Made by a program: the position numbers and the translations under genes. From Mucisphaera calidilacus (lineage in GTDB: Bacteria > Planctomycetota > Phycisphaerae > Phycisphaerales > Phycisphaeraceae), in NCBI RefSeq assembly GCF_007748075.1, contig NZ_CP036280.1, positions 810,001 through 842,000 of the forward strand: 32,000 nucleotides of DNA, in the 5' to 3' direction. Of this stretch, positions 25,706 through 32,000 are shown piece by piece. How positions within the stretch are numbered: the stretch's first letter is position 1; each line of letters opens with the position of its first letter. The notes below the pieces were generated by a model, which had not been told where the DNA came from, did no database searches, and saw only the letters and a list, made by a program, of their open reading frames with translations.

Positions 25706-27595
25706 GTGCCGAGAGACCAAGTGTTCAAAGGCCCCTTCTGGATCAGCTGCCTCGACCTCCTGCGACACAAACGCGCCATCACCGGGGCGGTCGCCGCCAC
25801 CCTCGTCGCCGCACTCTGCTTCGGCGCAGGCCTCGCCATGATCTACCCGATCTTCAGCCTCTTCTTCGGCACCGCGCAGGCAGGCGACGCCAGCCTCGCC
25901 CAGAACCCGCTCCCCGCGAAGATCCATCAATTCGCCGACACCTCGTGGTTCCCGTACTGGATCAGTGAACCGCTCCACGCACTCGCCGAGGCCATGCCCA
26001 CGGACGCCCTCGTCGCCTTCATCGCCGTCATGGGCGTCATCTACGCCTTCAGCCTCGTCGCCAACCTGATGCGCTACATCCAGCAGCTGCTCATCAGCCA
26101 CATCGCCGAGCAGCTCGCAGCCGACTACCGCGAGAAGCTCTACACCAACCTCATCGAGGCACCCACCGAACACTTCATGCGCGAGGGCGCCGCCGACCAC
26201 GCCAGCAAGATCTGGATCGACGTCCGGGTCCTCACCAACGCCCAGGTCACCGTCTTCGGCAAGGGACTCTTCGAGGGCGCCCGCGGCCTCGCAGCCCTCG
26301 TCACCGCTTTCTTCTTCGACCCGCTCCTTGTCAGCGTCTGCCTCATCACAGCGCCGCCCACCGCGTTGCTCATCCGACGCTACGGCACACGCATCCGTCG
26401 CAGCTCCCGCGGCGCACTCGACCTCTACGGCGTCGCCATGTCACGCCTCAACGCCTCCATCTCGGGCCTCAGCACCATCAAGGTCTTCACCGCAGAGTCC
26501 TACGAGCGACGACGCTTCCGCCTGCTCAACCGACAGATCTACCGCCAGATGATGAACATCCGCGAGGCCCGCGCCAAGGCCTCCCCCTCCGTCGAGGTCA
26601 TCACCATGATCGGCGTTGTCGCCGCCGCAACCCTCGCCGCCTGGTACATCATCCGACACGGCGCCGACCCCAGCGCCGCACTCGCCACCCTCGGACTCCT
26701 CGCCGGAGCCGCGGCCGGACTCAAGCCCGTCACCCAGCTCCACAACGTCATCCACCAGGCCGACCCCGCCGCCAAACGCATCCTCGACGCCACCGGCATC
26801 GACACCGAACCAACACGATACGACGCAACAGCTCAACGCCCGCCGCTCCCGCGCCACAGCCGATCCGTCGTCTTCGACGCCGTCACCTACCACTACCCCG
26901 ACGCCGAGACACCCGCCCTCGACGGCATCACCCTCGAGGTCGAAGCAGGCTCCACCACCGCGATCGTCGGCGGCAACGGAGCCGGTAAGTCCACACTCCT
27001 CTACCTCATCCCACGCCTCATCGAACCCGCTTCCGGACGCGTCCTCATCGACGACACCGACATCACCACCGTCTCCCTCCGCTCGCTGCGCAAGCAGATC
27101 GCCGTCGTCCCCCAGAAGACGCACCTCTTCGAGGGAACCATCGCCGAGAACATCGCCTACGGCTCCAGCGAACGCAGCCTCGACGACATCGAAGCCGCCG
27201 CCCGAGCCGCCTTCGCGCACGAATTCATCGACGCCCTGCCCGAGGGCTACCTGACACGCCTGGGCGAGTCCGGGTCCGGGCTCTCAGGCGGGCAGGGGCA
27301 ACGCATCGCCATCGCCCGCGCCATCCTCCGCAACCCCGCCATCCTCATCCTCGACGAGGCGACCAGCCAGATCGACGCCGAGTCCGAGGCGAAAATCAAT
27401 CAGGCCATCGACCGGTTCGCCCAGCAGCGAACGACGTTCGTGATCGCGCACCGCATGTCGACCGTCGTGAACGCCGACCGCATCGTGGTCATGGACCGCG
27501 GACGTGTCATCGACGTCGCGCCGCACAGCGTGCTGCTCGAGCGATGCGAGCTCTATCACAATCTCTCGAAGACCCAGCTCGACGCCGGGTCATAA
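25706..27595 (+). CDS. ABC exporter, fused permease/ATPase (MsbA-like lipid exporter family)
   Basis: N-terminal six-helix-type TMD followed by an NBD with Walker A GGNGAGKST, signature LSGGQGQRIAIARA and Walker B ILILDEATS. GTG 25706 directly abuts the aroA stop. An alternative GTG is at 25721. Confidence 0.85.
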   Translation: MPRDQVFKGPFWISCLDLLRHKRAITGAVAATLVAALCFGAGLAMIYPIFSLFFGTAQAGDASLAQNPLPAKIHQFADTSWFPYWISEPLHALAEAMPTDALVAFIAVMGVIYAFSLVANLMRYIQQLLISHIAEQLAADYREKLYTNLIEAPTEHFMREGAADHASKIWIDVRVLTNAQVTVFGKGLFEGARGLAALVTAFFFDPLLVSVCLITAPPTALLIRRYGTRIRRSSRGALDLYGVAMSRLNASISGLSTIKVFTAESYERRRFRLLNRQIYRQMMNIREARAKASPSVEVITMIGVVAAATLAAWYIIRHGADPSAALATLGLLAGAAAGLKPVTQLHNVIHQADPAAKRILDATGIDTEPTRYDATAQRPPLPRHSRSVVFDAVTYHYPDAETPALDGITLEVEAGSTTAIVGGNGAGKSTLLYLIPRLIEPASGRVLIDDTDITTVSLRSLRKQIAVVPQKTHLFEGTIAENIAYGSSERSLDDIEAAARAAFAHEFIDALPEGYLTRLGESGSGLSGGQGQRIAIARAILRNPAILILDEATSQIDAESEAKINQAIDRFAQQRTTFVIAHRMSTVVNADRIVVMDRGRVIDVAPHSVLLERCELYHNLSKTQLDAGS

Positions 27596-27708
27596 GAGTG
27601 CGCCGGTTTGAAATAAGACCCGTGGGATACGGTTTATACATAGGTGGTGCCCCGGTGTCGGTGTGCGCTACCATTCAGAGAGCTGTCGAAACACAAGGAG
27701 ATACGAAC

Positions 27709-28356
27709 ATGCCTCAGATCAAATCCATTGTCGCCGGTGCGCTGGCCATCACCTTCATGCTGGCCGCCTGGGCGACCGCCGAGCCGGTTGTCGGCAAGGC
27801 CGCGCCGCAGTTCGAGCTGAAGGACGTCTCAACCGGCGAGATGGTCAGCCTTTATGACCATCAGGACCAGATCGTGGTCGTCGTGTTCCAGAGCATCAAC
27901 TGCCCGTGGGACCGCATGCGTGAGGACGGCGGCTACCAGCGCTACCTCTCGCCGCTCGCCGAGAAGTACGCCGAGAAGAACGTGACCTTCATCGCCATCA
28001 ACTCCAACAAGACCGAAAGTGCTGATCAGGTCGCCTCTTACCACAGTCAGCACAACATGCCCTACCCGATTCTGAAGGATCCGGAGAACAAGGTGGCGGA
28101 CAAGTACGGTGCTCGCACCACGCCGCACATCTACGTGATCGATGGCGACGGGATGCTCCGCTACATGGGCGGGATCGAGAAAGCCCCGCTGTCGCCTGAG
28201 CAGTGTGGCGAGATGGACGAGAACTATCTCGTGCCGGTGCTCAATGCTCTTATTGCAGGCGAGGAAGTGCCTTACACGAAGACGCGCAGCAAGGGCTGCT
28301 CGATCAAGCGTGTCGCGAGCAAGGGCGAGTCGCTGCAGCGGCGTCACGCGGCCTGA
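27709..28356 (+). CDS. Secreted thioredoxin-fold protein, peroxiredoxin-like (PRX_like1-type, single CPW cysteine)
   Basis: ATG 27709 is preceded by AAGGAG (27695-27700). Signal peptide MPQIKSIVAGALAITFMLAAWATA. Redoxin core VVVVFQSINCPWDR ... FIAINSN ... MPYPILKD ... YGARTTPHIYVID. Confidence 0.75.
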   Translation: MPQIKSIVAGALAITFMLAAWATAEPVVGKAAPQFELKDVSTGEMVSLYDHQDQIVVVVFQSINCPWDRMREDGGYQRYLSPLAEKYAEKNVTFIAINSNKTESADQVASYHSQHNMPYPILKDPENKVADKYGARTTPHIYVIDGDGMLRYMGGIEKAPLSPEQCGEMDENYLVPVLNALIAGEEVPYTKTRSKGCSIKRVASKGESLQRRHAA

Positions 28357-28362
28357 GTCTGA

Positions 28363-29814
28363 TCAGAGGAACCATCGGCTGATTCCCTCCGCGGGCATGT
28401 CGCCCGGGAGGGGCGGCGGATCAAAGTTCAGGTCGGTCGCGACCGCGCACAAAGCGGCATGGCCGGCGCGCACAGCGCCTTCCATCGTGGCGGGCCAGCC
28501 GGTGTCGGTCCAGTCGCCAGAAATGTAAAGACCTTTGAGGTCGCCACTTGCAGCAGGTCGTGCGGACATCAGCTCCGGCGACGGGCTGAAGGTGGCGACC
28601 TTTTCCTTGATCACGCGTCCGTGCAAAAAAGAGGGTTTTGGGTCGTTAAACGACCGTTCAACGCTGTTAACCGCGCGAAACAGCTCGGTTTTGGCCAGTT
28701 TCAGGACGTTTTTGGGGTGCTCCAAAACGGCTTTGTGCGCGCCCGAGGTGAGCAAGTGTGCGTGCTGAACCGGGCCCTGGTGGTCGATCGGCGCGTCGGG
28801 CGGGAGCGTCGTGACGCCCTTGTTGAAGATCCAGTCGAAGGGCCGGTCGGGCGTCACCAGGTGGGGCAGCCTCATCAGCGGCGGGTCGGTCAGCTCGTAG
28901 AAGAGGTGGACCGCGACGATGGGCGCGAAGGTCCAGCGGTCGAGGTTGGCCAGGCGCTGGTCGCGGGCGATGAGGTTGGCGTCGACGAGTTTGTGGAGTC
29001 GGTCGGGCGGGACGGTGGTGATGACGTGGGTGGCGGGACGGTGCTGGCCGTCGGCGGTGACGACGCCGGTGACGCGGCCGCCCTCGTGGGTGATGCGGGT
29101 GACGGAGGTTCCGAGTTCGAGTGAGCCGCCGGCGTTGCTGAGTTCCTGTTCGAGGGGCTGGTACAGCTCGACGAGGGGGATACGCGGGAGGCCGACGCCG
29201 AGCGCCTTGGAGGTGGCGAGGAAGCCTTCCTGGAAGACCTTGAGGGCGAGGGGCGCATCGACGTTCTCGGGCTGGTCGTTGCAGGCGGAGGTGATGGTGA
29301 CGTCCCAGAAGCGCCGGCGGGCGGTGCGGGGCTGGCCCCAGTCGTCGAGGAGCTGTGCGATGGTTCGGCCGCGGTGGCGTTCGCGGCCGGCTTTGCCCAA
29401 GGTGAGGATGCGGGTCATGGCGTAGGCGATGGCGAGCTTGTCGCGCAGGGAGAGGCCGCGCATGGCGAGGAAGGAGGGCGCGAGGTGAAGCGGTGCGGGC
29501 AGGGGGGCGGGGCTGATGGTGTCGACGGTGTTGTGCTCGGTGGTGAAGTGGACGCGGTGGTGCCACTCGATGACGTCGTGCAGGCCGAGCTGCTGGTAGA
29601 GGTCGAGGATGTGGGTGCAGGCGGGCATGACCGCGTGCTGGCACTGGTCGAGGACGACGTCGGTGGTCGGGTCGGTGAAGGAGGAGGCGCGTCCGCCAAG
29701 GCGTTTGCGGGTTTCGAGGAGCCGGACAGGCAGGCCGAGGCGCGCGAGGCGGAGCGAAGCGGCGATGCCTGCGAGTCCGGCGCCGATGACGATGATGTTG
29801 GCGTTCGGGGTCAC
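28363..29814 (-). CDS. hpnE: FAD-dependent oxidoreductase, hydroxysqualene dehydroxylase (HpnE)-like
   Basis: N-terminal IIVIGAGLAGIAASLRLARLGLPVRLLETRKRLGGRASSF and C-terminal GLYISGDWTDTGWPATMEGAVRAGHAA match what I recall of the HpnE/amine-oxidase family. GTG start at 29814. Confidence 0.65.
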   Translation of the reverse strand: MTPNANIIVIGAGLAGIAASLRLARLGLPVRLLETRKRLGGRASSFTDPTTDVVLDQCQHAVMPACTHILDLYQQLGLHDVIEWHHRVHFTTEHNTVDTISPAPLPAPLHLAPSFLAMRGLSLRDKLAIAYAMTRILTLGKAGRERHRGRTIAQLLDDWGQPRTARRRFWDVTITSACNDQPENVDAPLALKVFQEGFLATSKALGVGLPRIPLVELYQPLEQELSNAGGSLELGTSVTRITHEGGRVTGVVTADGQHRPATHVITTVPPDRLHKLVDANLIARDQRLANLDRWTFAPIVAVHLFYELTDPPLMRLPHLVTPDRPFDWIFNKGVTTLPPDAPIDHQGPVQHAHLLTSGAHKAVLEHPKNVLKLAKTELFRAVNSVERSFNDPKPSFLHGRVIKEKVATFSPSPELMSARPAASGDLKGLYISGDWTDTGWPATMEGAVRAGHAALCAVATDLNFDPPPLPGDMPAEGISRWFL

Positions 29815-29845
29815 GCAGAGAGTTTAGACGGATCGCCCGGCGGCG

Positions 29846-31264
29846 TTAGTTGCGGCGTGCGGTGATCATCAGTGCGAGGGCGCTGATCGTGAGCGTGGCG
29901 GGTGCGGGCACGTTGGTGGTGCCGAAGTTGGCCGCGAGGATGGAGAGGTCAAGGAGGTCGACGGCGAGGTCTTCGTTGAAGTCGCCGGTCCACCAGTAGG
30001 CGTCGTCGCTGGTGTTGAAGCTGTCGGCGAGGATGGCGAGGTCGAGGAGGTCGACTGTGTTGTCGAGGTTGGCGTCGCCCGGGATGATGTTGCTGAGGTT
30101 GAAGGTTGCGGTGCCGTCAGTGGCGAGGCTGGTGGTGTCGAAGGTTCCGATGGGCGTGTTGATGATGATCTCGTCGAACCATCCGGTGACGTCGGCGTTG
30201 TTCCAGTCGAAGAATTGGATCGTGGTGTTGTCCCAGAACAGGAAGTCGATGTCGTCGAGACTCACGATCTCGATTTCGAGGGTTCCGCCCAGAGAGACGG
30301 GGGTGTCGGGGCTGGCGAAGGTGATCAACGGCTCTCTGAACCAGTGCATCACGGCCTTGAGTTGCAGGTGGCTGTCGCTCGCCAGGTTCATGCCCTCGAC
30401 GACGGTGACGGGGGCTTCGTCGTCACTACTGGGCGCGTCGATCAGACGGGAATCGCCGCTGCCGAGGTTGAACTGCCGGACGTAGCCCTCGTTGTTGATG
30501 AGTCCTTCTGCGGCGGCGGCCTGATCGATCTGCTGCTGGGTGATTCCGCTCTCTCTGAAGTCGGTGTTGGTGAGATCGGCGTTGGTGAAATGGGCGCCTG
30601 TGATATTGCTGCGGATGTGTGCGCCACGGAGTGTGCTGTTATCGAAGCGGGCGTCGATGTACTCGCCGAAGAGCCATGCGTCGGTGAGGTCGGCGTTCAT
30701 GATGGATGCCGAGTAGAATTCAGAATTCAACAGTGCATTCGTGAGTATGGCGTTATCGAGGTTCAGTCTTCCTTCGAGCCAAGAGTCATAGAGAAAGAGT
30801 GCGGCGTCGGTCAGATTGGCGTTTTCGAAGGAGAGATTGTGGTAGGAGTGATTGTGGTAAGTGTCGCCGTCGATACGGATTGTCGATTCAGTAAGATTGC
30901 TGTTACTAAAAGTTAAGCTGTCATAGTAATCACCTAGGATCACGACCGTTGTCAGGTTTGCACCGGTGAAATTGGTATTAGTAAGTATGCTTTCTAATAA
31001 ATACGCGGTGGAGAGGTTGGTGTTCTGGAAGTTGACACCCGTGAGGTCCTTGTTCGGGAGCCATGCCATGCTGAGGTCGAGGTTGCTGAGGTCGGCATCG
31101 GGCAGGGCGTCACGGCCTGCTCCGTCGGGGCAGGTTGTTGAAGATTCCTGCCTGATGCGCGAGCCGCTGGCGGGATCGGCGTACTCCCACTGGTAGATGT
31201 CTGCGTGGGCGCAGGAGACGAACAAAGCGGCAACGAGAAGGGCCCTGGAAGCGGAAGTGATCAT
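29846..31264 (-). CDS. Secreted pentapeptide-repeat protein with a dockerin-like repeat pair and a PEP-CTERM-type anchor
   Basis: Start at ATG 31264 (MITSASRALLVAALFVSCAHA signal peptide), with GGAG 7 nt upstream. Pentapeptide repeats: NFQNTNLSTAYL, NFTGANLTT, NANLTDAALF, NADLTDAWLF, NADLTNTDF. Two dockerin-like calcium-loop repeats: GDANLDNTVDLLDLAILADSF and GDFNEDLAVDLLDLSILAANF. C-terminal VPAPATLTISALALMITARRN. Confidence 0.8.
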   Translation of the reverse strand: MITSASRALLVAALFVSCAHADIYQWEYADPASGSRIRQESSTTCPDGAGRDALPDADLSNLDLSMAWLPNKDLTGVNFQNTNLSTAYLLESILTNTNFTGANLTTVVILGDYYDSLTFSNSNLTESTIRIDGDTYHNHSYHNLSFENANLTDAALFLYDSWLEGRLNLDNAILTNALLNSEFYSASIMNADLTDAWLFGEYIDARFDNSTLRGAHIRSNITGAHFTNADLTNTDFRESGITQQQIDQAAAAEGLINNEGYVRQFNLGSGDSRLIDAPSSDDEAPVTVVEGMNLASDSHLQLKAVMHWFREPLITFASPDTPVSLGGTLEIEIVSLDDIDFLFWDNTTIQFFDWNNADVTGWFDEIIINTPIGTFDTTSLATDGTATFNLSNIIPGDANLDNTVDLLDLAILADSFNTSDDAYWWTGDFNEDLAVDLLDLSILAANFGTTNVPAPATLTISALALMITARRN

Positions 31265-31448
31265 GATGTGGCTCCGGAAAGAGTTACTTCTTAAGAGCAA
31301 CATAGCCTTTGAGGGGTGTGGTGGGAAGGGGGAATTTGAGAGATTTGAAGAAAAACTCACCCTGCGTGGCTGGGAGGAAGGCAGGGCACCGTTTCTATTC
31401 GTGATGCTGTGTGGCGGGTCGTTGGGGCAGGGGTCGGTTGCGAAGGAT

Positions 31449-32000
31449 TTAGTATTCGCGGCGTTGTCGTGCGGCGGGGATGCCGAGTTGCTTGCGGTAC
31501 TTGGCGACGGTGCGTCGGGCGATGTCGATGCCTTTGGCCTTGAGGGCGTCGGCGAGGGCGTCGTCGGAGAGGGGGCTGGCCTTGTCTTCGGCGTCGACGA
31601 CCTCCTTGAGCCGGGCCTGGACGGCGGTCCAGCTCATCGCCTCGCCTTCTTCGGTTTCGGTGCCGCCTGAGAAGAACATGCGGAGGGGGAAGATGCCGCG
31701 CGGGGTCTGGAGGTACTTCTCGCTGACGGCGCGGGAGACGGTGGCGACGTGGATGCCGAGCTGGTCGGCGACGGTGGTCATGGGCAGGGGTTTGAGTCCG
31801 GACTCGCCCTGCTCGAAGAAGTCGCGTTGGGCGAGGACGACGACGTTGATCACGCGGAGCAGGGTGTTCTGCCGCTGTGCGATGGCGTCGAGGAGCCAGG
31901 AGGCCTCGCGGAGGTTGTTGCCGACGAACTCGCGGGTGCGTTTTTCGACCTCCTTGTCTTTGGCGAGCTGCTGGTAGGACTCGCTGATCTGGAGGGTGGG
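31449..32000 (-). CDS. rpoN: RNA polymerase sigma-54 factor, C-terminal part (5' end outside the window)
   Basis: RpoN box ARRTVAKYRKQLGIP and HTH VADQLGIHVATVSRAV, plus AQRQNTLLRVINVVVLAQRDFF. The reading frame stays open to nt 32000, in whole codons. Confidence 0.9.
   Translation of the reverse strand, partial: PTLQISESYQQLAKDKEVEKRTREFVGNNLREASWLLDAIAQRQNTLLRVINVVVLAQRDFFEQGESGLKPLPMTTVADQLGIHVATVSRAVSEKYLQTPRGIFPLRMFFSGGTETEEGEAMSWTAVQARLKEVVDAEDKASPLSDDALADALKAKGIDIARRTVAKYRKQLGIPAARQRREY

Noticed and set aside
27596-27708. dif (XerCD) site or DnaA boxes at the skew-switch intergenic region
   Set aside because: GGGATACGGTT-TATACA-TAGGTGGTGCC has a TATACA/TGTATA centre, but its flanking arms are not inverted repeats and lack the conserved ATAA...TTATG arms. 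CGGGTCATAA-GAGTGC-... lacks a XerD arm. The best DnaA-box-like string (TTATACATA) is only 7/9. The direct repeat CGGTTT(G/A) is too short to interpret.
31265-31448. Sigma-54 (-24/-12) promoter upstream of the pentapeptide/dockerin gene, which lies next to rpoN
   Set aside because: The best GG...GC candidate on the minus strand (AAAGGCTATGTTGCT) spaces the GG and GC elements 9 nt apart instead of the required 12. The rest of the consensus TGGCAC-N5-TTGC is not matched.
1-32000. CRISPR arrays, insertion sequences, integrases, prophage or toxin-antitoxin/defence modules
   Set aside because: I saw no spaced direct repeats, no terminal inverted repeats flanking a transposase-like ORF, and no small paired ORFs of that type. 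The repetitive DNA in 30.5-31.1 kb only reflects the pentapeptide-repeat coding sequence.

Overview
High-GC bacterial chromosomal segment (about 70% G+C in the 60-nt lines I hand-counted). I can support 24 tightly packed protein-coding genes. I found no rRNA, tRNA, CRISPR array, transposase or integrase. Gene content, left to right: a carotenoid-tailoring cluster (aldehyde dehydrogenase, CrtI-family oxidase, PlsC-type acyltransferase, GT2 glycosyltransferase); a minus-strand lptB-rluB-pdxH operon; an internally duplicated ABC-2 permease; an orphan RnfC-like/RnfD-like pair; nadA; a DmpA/S58 peptidase; a small SLBB-like membrane protein; fcl-ribF-nrnA-like; dcd-nrdJ (class II ribonucleotide reductase); an O-antigen-ligase-like/TPR protein coupled to aroA and an MsbA-like exporter; a PRX-like redoxin; an hpnE-like oxidase; a pentapeptide-repeat/dockerin/PEP-CTERM secreted protein; and the 3' part of rpoN. 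The PEP-CTERM plus dockerin plus pentapeptide architecture and the overall gene set suggest a Planctomycetota/PVC-type genome, but that is inference only. Four observations are not explained by the gene calls. (1) An unusually strong strand compositional asymmetry flips sign abruptly at about 27.3-27.7 kb, and its sign conflicts with the local gene orientation. (2) A 789-nt low-GC non-coding island (16964-17752) lies upstream of dcd-nrdJ. It carries three same-orientation DnaA-box-like 9-mers, an NrdR-box-like tandem, a perfect palindrome and hairpins. (3) A two-gene RnfC/RnfD-like module lacks the other Rnf subunits and has degenerate cofactor motifs. (4) The pentapeptide/dockerin gene has a mosaic composition, falling to about 40% GC. 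All coordinates, motif matches and base counts were done by eye. No database search or folding was run.
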